From: a virus
Lineage: Duplodnaviria; Caudoviricetes
Direction: 5' to 3' (one strand)
Virus record (IMG/VR): IMGVR_UViG_3300030330_003556
Span: 1-48,192 of that record
Length of the DNA stretch: 48,192 bases
Position numbers and translations under genes: made by a program. Below, one piece after another: positions 16,410 through 26,361 of the stretch. Each line of letters starts with the position of its first letter. The first letter of the stretch is position 1. The notes under the pieces are model-generated. The model was not told the DNA's origin. It saw nothing but the letters and a program-made list of their open reading frames with translations, and ran no database searches.

Positions 16410-19400
16410 TTAATCGTGATAATAGCAATAACCACTTTTAGAAGTAGTCATCATTTTACATCTTTGACCGTTAGTTCTTCTACCTTTGCATTGTTTTTGT
16501 TCACCAGATTTACTTTGTTCTACTTCATCGTGTATTGTACAAAAGTTTTTACCTGGTAAAGCTTTGTTTTTACATCTATTACCGCTTCTACTAACAGCAG
16601 CACAAATACCATCTTCTTTACGTAATTTAATGTTTTCTTTAATTTGATCTTTGTTTTTAAACTTAGGTGATTTTACTATTTGTTTAGTTTTTTCGACTTT
16701 TTTGTTTTCAATACCAACGTCCCATCTACTCCAACCTAAGGTTGTGGCTATTCGCTGCCACCAAGCGTTTTCACTATCAAGTCCAGCTCTTAAATTTTGT
16801 ACTTTTCTATAAAGTCTATTAATAGGTACATTTGTAAGACCTTCTACAGTTGTAGTAGTCATGTCCCAAAAAGGATTATCAATATCCCATTTGCTCATGT
16901 ACTCCATAACATCTTTATTCCACTTTTCTATATTTTCACTAGCTGTTAGTTTTCTTACTTTTATGCCAATTGGTGGAGCTATTTGCAAAAGCTCTGGCCA
17001 AGCTGGTGATTTAAACCAAGAGTCACTCTTTGAGTTTTGAACACGCTTTCTAACATAGTTAATCAAAGTAGATGCAACAGCGCCATATAAACCAGAACCT
17101 CTTAATATACTGTCAATAGTACCATATATTACTCTGTCTTTTTTAGTTTTAAAAAACTTTTCATTTTTTTCATTTTCTTCTTCATCGTCTTCAAACAAGG
17201 CGGCAAACAAAGCTTGTTGTAAACCATAAAATATAACACTTTGAACAGCTCCATAATATATAATTCTAGAAATATTAGCGGTATCACTAGCCTCTAAATC
17301 TTTATAACCTTTAGACACTCTTCTATTTATTAAATCAAGATATGATTTTTTAACTATTCTAGCGTACTGTGAAGTTACGTTTTGAAATGCAAAAACCCAT
17401 CTACCAAGTACAGAACGTTGTAATTGAGAAATCATATCAGGTCTAGCAGACTGTTGTGTTTCTTCAGCCACTGTTTGAAAGTCTATAAAAGCTTCTTGTT
17501 CAGCTTTTTTTAACGACATGCCTTCTTCTAAATAAGAGTTTAATCTGTTTCTATAAAAACTAGCACCACCAATAGAAATAGCAAAACTATCACCCAGTTG
17601 TGTAGGTAAAAACCCTAGATCTAATAAGTGTTTTATAGCAGCTCTAACTTTACCAGTTGTTGTTTTAGGTTTAGAAACCTCACTAGCTATTTCACTAGCG
17701 TTGACATCAAACGCAGCACCAGATCTTCTTTGTTTTAAATAATCAGAGTTAAATAACATAGAAAAATCACTCCAAAACTGTTCTTGATCAGCAAATCGAG
17801 CTGCAGCTTTAAATATATTGTTATCACCAAAGTTTAAGAAGTTAACAAAAGACAACTGCTGAAGTATAGCTGATCTAGCGTTGAAGAACATCGTAGCCGC
17901 TACAGATCCATTGACCCAGTCTAACCACCTGTTAACAGCCTTATTATTACTTATAGGTCTGTTATTACCCGTGATAGTAGCCTCTAACACGTCTTCTAAA
18001 GCTAATCTAAAGTCTTTACCGTATATTGCTTCTATTTTATTTAAATTATCATTAGAAAATATAATATCTGCGTTTTCTATAAATTCTGTAAAAAAGAAAG
18101 CTCTACCAACTCTACCAGTAGCATCTGCCAAGTCAGATCTAATATTACCTACTTGCCAGTTTTCACTTGGTGGTACGTAGCCATCTTCCATCATAGAAAC
18201 CTCACCAAGCATATCAGCATAACTTTTTAAACTAGAATATTCGTTTACTATATTTATTAGCGCTCTTTCTTGTTTTGCAGTTAAGTTTGGTATTTCATAA
18301 CCAGCTTTATCAAATAAATAAACTCTAATAGCATCTTCATACGTAAATGTACCATCAGGAGTTACTTCGTTTAATATAGGTCTAACATCTGGTATACTTT
18401 TATTTAATTGTTTATATCCATTTGCTATAGATTGTCTAGCGGCATTTAGTTTTCTATAACCTTCGTTTAAAGGTTTTATTAATGCTTTTTCAAAAAACTT
18501 TCTATGTTGAGTACCTTGCTCACCTTTACCCATAAAATTATAAAGTAAACCTACAAAGTCTTCGTGGTTAGGTGGTACAAAAAATCTATAGTGACCTTTA
18601 TTCATACCATCTTTTGCAGCTTCAGCTGCGCTAAATATATATTTACGATTAATATCAGAAACATCTTCTAGCACACGGTTGAAATAATTATTCATTTTGG
18701 TTTTACTAAAATCAACTCTAGCTTGTTGCACTTTAGATTTAACATCTATTTGTTCTAATATATTTTTTACAGCTTGTACATTTTGCAATGCATCATCAGC
18801 AAAATAAAAATCATTATAACCATCCGCAGCTTTATCTAATACCCACAAAGCTTTAGCATCAGCAGTTGAATTACCAAGACCTGTTATATTTTCTAACGGT
18901 ATATTTAATCCATTAGCTTTTAAAAACTCTTGTATTGCAGGTGCGGACTGAGGTGGTCTAGCTGTTAGTATAAACATGTCTTTAGTACCAAATTTACTAG
19001 CAAGTTTTTTAGCTTTATTTAGTAATGGCGCAGGTTTACCATCTACAACTTTATTAAATTCAGAAAAATCAAACTTATAACCTAGCCCTAATAAATTTTC
19101 GTACGTACTAGCGTATTGCTCTGGTGTTAGAGTTCCTTCAGTTCCATCTAGTCTAGTATATCTAACTAAAGAACTACTTGTAGCAAGTGTATCATCAAAG
19201 TCTAATATAGTAATACCTTTGGTTTTTTTGTTTACTGATTTTGATAGTTGACTTACAGTTTCAAGATTTTTATTATTGTATATTTCAAATATATTTTTAG
19301 GTATAGACTCTATTATTCCCTGTTCTTGATTTTTAACAAAAAAATCAACAAGATCAGCATTGTAAGTGTACCTTGTAAGTCCACCTTTAAACTTCAAGCC

Positions 19401-22400
19401 AGCTTTATTTAGTATAACATCTATTTCTTTAGGTAACACATGTACAGTTGCTAAATCAAAATATTGCTGTAATTCTTTTTTATTTTGCTTACTAGGGTTT
19501 TTAATAGTGTCTTGTATCTTATCAACCATGTCAGACACGGTTATCTCGTGTTCTAACACTAAGTCTTTAGATGTTAAGTTAGATTTTTTATTCATTTTTA
19601 CACCTAACTTATATATTTTTCTTATAGTACCTCTTTGATCAAGAGACATTAAATCTACCATAGCTAATTTCTCAGGCTTACTTAAGTCAGAGTCTAATAT
19701 ACTTTGTAAATATGTTTTAGCGTCATTAGCTTGTCTGTCTACTAAATTGACTAACTCTTGATTATTTCTAGCATTGTTTTTAATATTCTCTATGTTTTCA
19801 TACATAGGCACTGGTATAAATTTACCGTCTTGATTATAAACAATTATCTCACCATCTTTAACCTCTTGTAATTTATAGTTTGGATTAACAAACTTATCAC
19901 CAAACAAAGGTTTTAGTACTCTTTCTATAAATATTCTATTAGTAGTAAGACCATCAATCATACCACTTCTAGTTGATCTACCTATGTTTTTTAAGTATTC
20001 ATTTATTATTCTAACTTTTTCAGTATCATTTACGCCTTCGGTTAACCGTTGTAAATGTTTTTTAGAAACTTCAAATCCGATCCTTCTAACTTGAGGCATC
20101 GTTGTGTTTTTAATAAATTTGACAAAGTTTTCTAAACTACTAAAGTCTGGCGATAGTGATTCTACTGTGGGTGGTAGCTTTTGTACTATAATATCATATA
20201 CTACTCTTGATGGTAATTCGTTTTCAAAAGCAACTTGCATCTCTTGTAGTATATTATTGTTATACATATACAAATCTGATTCTTCAACATTTTCATTGTT
20301 TTGTATACGTTTTTCTATATCTTGTATTTTACCTTGTAAAGCAGCTAAAGGTTTTTTACGATATTGTAATTCTGTTAGTTGTAGTTGAGAGTTATAGCTT
20401 GAAGAAAATTGAACATCACCATCTTGCAACTCACCATTTATAGTTACTTTACCATCAGGTACAAAACTTCCAGGAGTGCTATTTTTTACAACACTTACTT
20501 TTTTACCTTGTAAAGGAAAATATCTTTCGTTAGACCTTACTAAATAATCGAAATTTTTTCTTATAAATGGATCTGTAATAGCATCAGGGTTTTTAGCCTG
20601 TTCAAACATATCTTGATTAACCGTACCTTCTAGTTCTACATAAGATTTACCTGGGCTTTCTTTAACAAGTACTCTTTTCCATTTAGTAATATTTTCTAAA
20701 CGAAGTTGATCATTACCTACTCCTATAGTCTCAGTCTTTGCTTTTCCTTTATATTTTTTGTATGGCGACCTTACTTCTTCTTTACGTATTGCGCCTCCAT
20801 CTTTATATATAGTAGTAGTTTCAGAGGTGTAATGTACACTCTCTTTTCTTTCAAACTGCTTACCATCTTTAAAACCGTTTTTTGTAGTTGTTATCTCTAC
20901 TATGTCGCCGTCAAGGTTTTTCTTAGTATAAGTACCTGTTTTTGAATCACCAACTTGTTTTTCTGTATGTACTACAGTACTTTTGTTTTCATCTACTTGT
21001 ATGACTTCTCTAAAACCGTCACCAACTTTTTTACCTTTTACAATAATAGCTTTTGTAGGTTTATCCATTCTGTCCCACCACTGCATATTGTTACCATCTC
21101 TAAAAGAAACTAAGTTACCGTTATGAAAAGCTATTTTAAATCCATTATTGTTTTGGTTGTAGCTTTTCCAGTTACCAAAAGCTTGTTTTAACTCGTCGAA
21201 ATTTTTATCTTTTGGTGGCTTTGCCACTACAGCAAACTGTTGGATTACTGATCCATCTGCTTGTTTGTAATCAAAAGTTTCTATTTCAACAGTTTCATAT
21301 CTACCAGTTTGTTCAAATGTATTTTTCTCAGTTTTAGCTTCTTGACGAGTGTCAACCATTTTAATGTCTGGAACAACAGTTTCTTGTTCTCTAGCGCATA
21401 AACACCAAGGATTTGCTTTTTCACCAAAATGTGTGTCAACTACTTTTCTAACATCTAACTGTCCTTGTTTAGAGTTTTCTACGTCGTAAACTACAACACC
21501 ATCGCTATACTCTGTTTTATTAGTAAAAGTTTCAAGATCATCTGGATTAGTTCTTTTAACTTTCTTTTTAACTACGTTTTCTTCTATTAAAACATTAGGA
21601 TTTTTGTAAGAGAACGGATCTATCTTTTTTATACCCGCTACTCTTTCAGCTTCTATAACTTTGTAACCGTCTTCAGGTAGTATTAAATAACCATTAGCCA
21701 TGTAATGCATAGCTAGTTTTTCGTACTTAGCTTTTTTGTTATTTGGTATGTCCTTACCATCTACAAAGTCAAATACAGACTGTACGGCGTTTTTTCTTTG
21801 ATCTTCTGTAAGATCAGGTCTTTTCTTTTCTAATCTTTTTTCGTATTGATCTCTATGGCTTTTAGAAAACTTTATTTCTAAATAAACATTAGTATTTTCA
21901 CCGTTTTCTATAGCGTTGTTTATGTCTTCACTAGCTTTGTTTTTAGAAAACTGAACATCAACTTCTCTACTAATTTTAGATGATAAATCTACAATATCAA
22001 GCTGCGCGTCAAACTCATTGGTTAATAGTTTGTCAACATCAGGTTCTTGTCTTACTTCCATTAAAGCATCAAATATAAAAGCTTTTGACATGTGCTTTGA
22101 TAAACCATCTTTTCTAGTACCTTTTAAACCAGATCTTAATCCAGTAACAGGATTTATAAGTGGAACATCAAAAAACCCTACAAACTGATCTTCAGTTGGC
22201 ATTACTTTTTTGTACAAGTTTACAGCCTGCCCTTTGTCTATTGATTTTAAAGCATCTTTAGGTAATAAACCTTTATCAACAGCATCTTGCACCTCTTGTT
22301 TTGAAGTTAATCTTTTTACAAATTTAGTAAATACTTTTTCACCATCTGGTACATTTCTTTCTATTTGAACAAAATCTGATGTAAATATAGCTTCAACTAT

Positions 22401-25346
22401 AGACTCTCTATGTTTTTTTAAATAATTAACATATTCTTTTGTACCTAAACTATTTTTTACTATTTTAAATAACTCTGTATATCTTCCTGATGTTAAACCT
22501 TTTTCTCCAGCGTACTCACCAGCAATCATTTTAACTATAGCGGCAGCTCTATCGTTTTTATTTTTTATATCTTTGGTTTTCTGATATGCTAATATTAAAC
22601 TTTGTCTAGCGGAATCTTTAACTTTATTGTAAATATTACTACCATCTTGTATACCAACGTCTTGTCTAAGTTTACTTTTTCTTACTTTTTTCTTTTTATT
22701 TTTCTGAGCCTCTCTTTTAGCAACAGCTTGAGGTGACATGTCCATTGTTTCTAGATCTACCATAGTTTGATCTATATCTGCTTCAACTTGTACTTTTATA
22801 TCACCTTCTTTTGTTGTTTGTCCAACTTCAACTGTAGGTACTGTTATCTGACCTTCTGTTAAAGAATTAAAAGCTTGTTTAGCTTTATTACCTATTTGTG
22901 GATTTATCCAACCAAAAAGCCCGTTTGGATTTTTTCTTTCTGGTTTATAATTTTTTATATGTGGTAGTAGCTCTGCATAAGTTGTATCTAAAAAAGTTTT
23001 ATCATCAATACCTTCATGTGGCTTTGCTAGTATAAGACCGTCTAATAAACCTTGTTTTTGTATTAACTCAGCAACGTCTTGACCATACACTTCCCAATAA
23101 GCATTACCACCCAAATCTTCAAAACTTATAGTATCACCACCTGTTTTTTCATTGTCAGTAAATTCTCTACCATATTCATTTACTAGATCTTGTTTTTGAG
23201 CATCAGTTAAATCTCTAGTTCTAGATAATTGTACTTCACCTGGACTAGCTAAACCAACGTCTATCATATCAACAAACTGGTTTCTAAGTTTACCTTTTTT
23301 TCTATCAGAAACGTATTCTTTTAAAAAGTTTCTAACACCATCTGCTGTTTCAAAACTAATATCTTTATAACCACTTTTACCTCCGTTTATTATTTTTTCA
23401 AAAAAGTTTTTTAATTTAGTTATAACGCTATCTTGTAGATTACCTTTTAATTGAGCGTCACCAAACGCTGTTATATATTCTTCAGCATACTCAACAAAAG
23501 CTTTCTCACTACCATCTTTGTTATACCTATAATTATCATCTATTCTTTGCTGCACAACAGAACGTTCTTTACTAGTTAAGCTATCAACAAAATCTCTTAA
23601 TACTTGTTCGCCTTCTTTTGTCAAAGTAGTTTCAACAGTATCGCCTGTGACTTTATCTGTAACAGTTCTTGTTTCATTGCCTCTTAATGAAGACTTTACG
23701 ACAGCGTGTAAAACCTCGTGAGAACCAGTGGTAACCGCGTTATTTTCTGCTGCTACAACTTCATTTATTAAAATGTTTTTACCAATAATTAAACCATCAA
23801 CATATTGTAAATCCTGCGCACTGTAGTTGTTACCAGTTAAAGAGTTAATTTGTTTTCTAAAATCAGCTTGGTTTTTAATTACATTTATACTTAAACCTTT
23901 TGTTCTACTTAATGGCTCTTCAAAAGTTCTAATATCATCATTAAGCATTTTTTTGTTAGCATCAACTCTAATATCATTAAGTATTTTATTTTGAGCCGCT
24001 ATATCTTCATTAAGTTTTATAGTAGAAATATCAAATTGTTCTTGAGTTATTATATTATTTTTTAATTGATTTTCTAAACCTTTTAACTGATTTCTTAACT
24101 CATTTTTTGTTTCGTAAGTTTGAATTATATCGTTACCTTGTTGTTCTGTTATGTAAGTTGATTTCTTTCTAACAGATTTAATATAATTTTTTAGTTCTTT
24201 TTCTTGTTTTTTAATTTCTTTATCAATAAAACCTTTAGTATCCGGAGTAAAAGCTTTTAATTTTTCTCTTTGTAAACCACCTATATTTTGAATATATTCG
24301 TTTATTATAATATTATCATTATCATCTCTAAAAGATTTATTAATTTGATTACCAGCACCTCCAACAGCCGTACCACCAACAAACCCCATAGCAAACGATT
24401 CAAACGCATCTTGAGTACCTAAAGATTTTACGCCTTTTAATAAAGCAGTATCGTAATCATCTCCAACCGCTAAAGACTTGTTTATTTTATCTATACCGTG
24501 TTGAAAATATTCTGTAACACCTTCTTTAGATCCAGTAGCTACATAACCAGCTACTTTTTTCATACCAGAAGTACGGGCATTTCTTAAAAAAGCATTAGTA
24601 ATACCTTTAAAACCAGCATACTCAAGCGCTGTAGCTGCAACACCTAAAGTTGTAGGAGTAATTAAATCATCTTCACCGTTTTCGTACATTTTACGCATTG
24701 CGGTTTCAAAATCATCGTCTGGATAAAGCGTTTTTGCTCTTTCAGCGTTAAACTCTGTGTACATTGGAGACATTACTTGAAAAGGTAAGCTATATCCACC
24801 AGTAAAATAAGCGGGAACTACAGTTAGCATTGTATTAACAATAGCATCCGTCACACCTGTGGCAACATCAACAACATCACCTTCTTTAATACCACCAACA
24901 ATACCTTCTCCGCTATATAAATACTGTGTTTTTTCTTTTAATTTTTCTAGTTTTAGCTGCTGTTCTATTTGGTATTCGTTAAAAACATCTCCAGCAACAT
25001 TATCATCAGCAAACTCATTAACATCACCACCACTAGCTATAAAGTCTACAATTTTACCACCTGTTGGGTCTATTTTATTTATTATATTACCTACGTATAC
25101 AGGGGCACTTCTAACAAAAGTTTCACCTGTAACTTCAGCTTTTTCAAAAACATTGTCTACTTGCACTAAAAACCTATCAAACGCACCTAGCTTGTTAACC
25201 TCTTCTTCGTATCTTTCTTGAGAAACTACTTTGGCTTTGTGTCTAAGTTTTTGATATTCTTTTTCACCTATTTTTTGAAGTTCTTCTTTACTGTAATTAC
25301 CAGACTCTACATAAGGTCGCATTATTTCGATTAATTCTTCCTCCAT
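16410..25346 (-). CDS. giant polyvalent internal virion/ejection protein (zincin, sigma-like, HNH-like, HAD, C-terminal Zn fingers)
   Basis: 2978 aa, last of the ejection-protein block; HEVLH; DFDDT/ILTAR/FADD HAD motifs; two C-x9-C-x10-C-x2-H repeats. Confidence 0.75.
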   Translation of the reverse strand: MEEELIEIMRPYVESGNYSKEELQKIGEKEYQKLRHKAKVVSQERYEEEVNKLGAFDRFLVQVDNVFEKAEVTGETFVRSAPVYVGNIINKIDPTGGKIVDFIASGGDVNEFADDNVAGDVFNEYQIEQQLKLEKLKEKTQYLYSGEGIVGGIKEGDVVDVATGVTDAIVNTMLTVVPAYFTGGYSLPFQVMSPMYTEFNAERAKTLYPDDDFETAMRKMYENGEDDLITPTTLGVAATALEYAGFKGITNAFLRNARTSGMKKVAGYVATGSKEGVTEYFQHGIDKINKSLAVGDDYDTALLKGVKSLGTQDAFESFAMGFVGGTAVGGAGNQINKSFRDDNDNIIINEYIQNIGGLQREKLKAFTPDTKGFIDKEIKKQEKELKNYIKSVRKKSTYITEQQGNDIIQTYETKNELRNQLKGLENQLKNNIITQEQFDISTIKLNEDIAAQNKILNDIRVDANKKMLNDDIRTFEEPLSRTKGLSINVIKNQADFRKQINSLTGNNYSAQDLQYVDGLIIGKNILINEVVAAENNAVTTGSHEVLHAVVKSSLRGNETRTVTDKVTGDTVETTLTKEGEQVLRDFVDSLTSKERSVVQQRIDDNYRYNKDGSEKAFVEYAEEYITAFGDAQLKGNLQDSVITKLKNFFEKIINGGKSGYKDISFETADGVRNFLKEYVSDRKKGKLRNQFVDMIDVGLASPGEVQLSRTRDLTDAQKQDLVNEYGREFTDNEKTGGDTISFEDLGGNAYWEVYGQDVAELIQKQGLLDGLILAKPHEGIDDKTFLDTTYAELLPHIKNYKPERKNPNGLFGWINPQIGNKAKQAFNSLTEGQITVPTVEVGQTTKEGDIKVQVEADIDQTMVDLETMDMSPQAVAKREAQKNKKKKVRKSKLRQDVGIQDGSNIYNKVKDSARQSLILAYQKTKDIKNKNDRAAAIVKMIAGEYAGEKGLTSGRYTELFKIVKNSLGTKEYVNYLKKHRESIVEAIFTSDFVQIERNVPDGEKVFTKFVKRLTSKQEVQDAVDKGLLPKDALKSIDKGQAVNLYKKVMPTEDQFVGFFDVPLINPVTGLRSGLKGTRKDGLSKHMSKAFIFDALMEVRQEPDVDKLLTNEFDAQLDIVDLSSKISREVDVQFSKNKASEDINNAIENGENTNVYLEIKFSKSHRDQYEKRLEKKRPDLTEDQRKNAVQSVFDFVDGKDIPNNKKAKYEKLAMHYMANGYLILPEDGYKVIEAERVAGIKKIDPFSYKNPNVLIEENVVKKKVKRTNPDDLETFTNKTEYSDGVVVYDVENSKQGQLDVRKVVDTHFGEKANPWCLCAREQETVVPDIKMVDTRQEAKTEKNTFEQTGRYETVEIETFDYKQADGSVIQQFAVVAKPPKDKNFDELKQAFGNWKSYNQNNNGFKIAFHNGNLVSFRDGNNMQWWDRMDKPTKAIIVKGKKVGDGFREVIQVDENKSTVVHTEKQVGDSKTGTYTKKNLDGDIVEITTTKNGFKDGKQFERKESVHYTSETTTIYKDGGAIRKEEVRSPYKKYKGKAKTETIGVGNDQLRLENITKWKRVLVKESPGKSYVELEGTVNQDMFEQAKNPDAITDPFIRKNFDYLVRSNERYFPLQGKKVSVVKNSTPGSFVPDGKVTINGELQDGDVQFSSSYNSQLQLTELQYRKKPLAALQGKIQDIEKRIQNNENVEESDLYMYNNNILQEMQVAFENELPSRVVYDIIVQKLPPTVESLSPDFSSLENFVKFIKNTTMPQVRRIGFEVSKKHLQRLTEGVNDTEKVRIINEYLKNIGRSTRSGMIDGLTTNRIFIERVLKPLFGDKFVNPNYKLQEVKDGEIIVYNQDGKFIPVPMYENIENIKNNARNNQELVNLVDRQANDAKTYLQSILDSDLSKPEKLAMVDLMSLDQRGTIRKIYKLGVKMNKKSNLTSKDLVLEHEITVSDMVDKIQDTIKNPSKQNKKELQQYFDLATVHVLPKEIDVILNKAGLKFKGGLTRYTYNADLVDFFVKNQEQGIIESIPKNIFEIYNNKNLETVSQLSKSVNKKTKGITILDFDDTLATSSSLVRYTRLDGTEGTLTPEQYASTYENLLGLGYKFDFSEFNKVVDGKPAPLLNKAKKLASKFGTKDMFILTARPPQSAPAIQEFLKANGLNIPLENITGLGNSTADAKALWVLDKAADGYNDFYFADDALQNVQAVKNILEQIDVKSKVQQARVDFSKTKMNNYFNRVLEDVSDINRKYIFSAAEAAKDGMNKGHYRFFVPPNHEDFVGLLYNFMGKGEQGTQHRKFFEKALIKPLNEGYRKLNAARQSIANGYKQLNKSIPDVRPILNEVTPDGTFTYEDAIRVYLFDKAGYEIPNLTAKQERALINIVNEYSSLKSYADMLGEVSMMEDGYVPPSENWQVGNIRSDLADATGRVGRAFFFTEFIENADIIFSNDNLNKIEAIYGKDFRLALEDVLEATITGNNRPISNNKAVNRWLDWVNGSVAATMFFNARSAILQQLSFVNFLNFGDNNIFKAAARFADQEQFWSDFSMLFNSDYLKQRRSGAAFDVNASEIASEVSKPKTTTGKVRAAIKHLLDLGFLPTQLGDSFAISIGGASFYRNRLNSYLEEGMSLKKAEQEAFIDFQTVAEETQQSARPDMISQLQRSVLGRWVFAFQNVTSQYARIVKKSYLDLINRRVSKGYKDLEASDTANISRIIYYGAVQSVIFYGLQQALFAALFEDDEEENEKNEKFFKTKKDRVIYGTIDSILRGSGLYGAVASTLINYVRKRVQNSKSDSWFKSPAWPELLQIAPPIGIKVRKLTASENIEKWNKDVMEYMSKWDIDNPFWDMTTTTVEGLTNVPINRLYRKVQNLRAGLDSENAWWQRIATTLGWSRWDVGIENKKVEKTKQIVKSPKFKNKDQIKENIKLRKEDGICAAVSRSGNRCKNKALPGKNFCTIHDEVEQSKSGEQKQCKGRRTNGQRCKMMTTSKSGYCYYHD

Positions 25347-25352
25347 GTCGTA

Positions 25353-26348
25353 TTATGTATTTTTATTTAATTTAGATTTTATTAGGTCGTTAACTAATTG
25401 TTTTGCGTTTAACAAAGGGTTTTTTGCTAATTTATTTTCATCTTCTAAAATATCATCCACTTTGTTTTCTTCTTTTTCTTTAGTTTGGTTGTAGCTATTA
25501 TTAAAAGTTAATTCTTCTTTAAATGTTGGTTTTCTAGGCTCTTTGCCTTGTAGCTCCATAAGCTCTTCCATAGATTTATAATTTGGATCAAAAGATTTTT
25601 TTATTCTATTAGCAAAATACTTATGAAGCCTAACGTCTGTGTTTGGATTAAACGAGTTTGGATCTAATTTTTCGGGAGGTATTTCACCTGACATTATTTT
25701 TTCTTCGTTTTCAATAAGATAATCTTGTAAGAAATATCTACCTCCAATTTTATCTGAAACAAATATTTTCCAACCATCTTCATTGTGCAATAAATTATCT
25801 ACAGCAAAATCAACATCAAAATCTAAAGGCCTACCTACGTTGTTTCTTTGTTTAACAGCGTCTTGTTGCATTTTCATATACTCTGCTTCTTGAGTTCCTT
25901 TTACAACCCAGTTTTCTGTAATGTCTTGTATTGATTTTTGTATTTCTTTTTTAGGATCTGTAGGATCAGGAACAGATAAAATCATATTTAAACTTTCGTC
26001 AAAACTTATTAAACCACCTTCTAACCAAAAAGGTATATCAAACTCCTTTAAGTTAGTGTAGTTAGAAAATAAATTTTTACCACCCGTACCACCACCATAA
26101 TAAGTAGCAAATTCTTTTTTTAATTCTCTTAGCTGGTCTAAATCAAAAGCTATTTTTTTTATAGATTTATCAAATGCTAATGCTTTTTCTTTTTCACCTA
26201 ACATCATGGCTTGGTCATATTTACTAACTAAGCCCGATACCATGTCGTTAATAATTTTTTGATTTGCAGGGCCGTGTATCTCGGATGACTTTGCGTCATT
26301 ACCATACGGCATGTTTTCAAAATATTTTCTTGCTCTTTTATCTGACAT
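25353..26348 (-). CDS. putative internal virion protein
   Basis: Helical 331-aa ORF between the small ejection protein and the giant protein; positional inference. Confidence 0.5.
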   Translation of the reverse strand: MSDKRARKYFENMPYGNDAKSSEIHGPANQKIINDMVSGLVSKYDQAMMLGEKEKALAFDKSIKKIAFDLDQLRELKKEFATYYGGGTGGKNLFSNYTNLKEFDIPFWLEGGLISFDESLNMILSVPDPTDPKKEIQKSIQDITENWVVKGTQEAEYMKMQQDAVKQRNNVGRPLDFDVDFAVDNLLHNEDGWKIFVSDKIGGRYFLQDYLIENEEKIMSGEIPPEKLDPNSFNPNTDVRLHKYFANRIKKSFDPNYKSMEELMELQGKEPRKPTFKEELTFNNSYNQTKEKEENKVDDILEDENKLAKNPLLNAKQLVNDLIKSKLNKNT

Positions 26349-26361
26349 AACTTATATTTAA

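Noticed and set aside
16410-25346. crAss-like virion RNA polymerase
   Set aside because: The only similar motif is DFDDT, which sits in a full HAD context; no DxDxD catalytic loop was recognised
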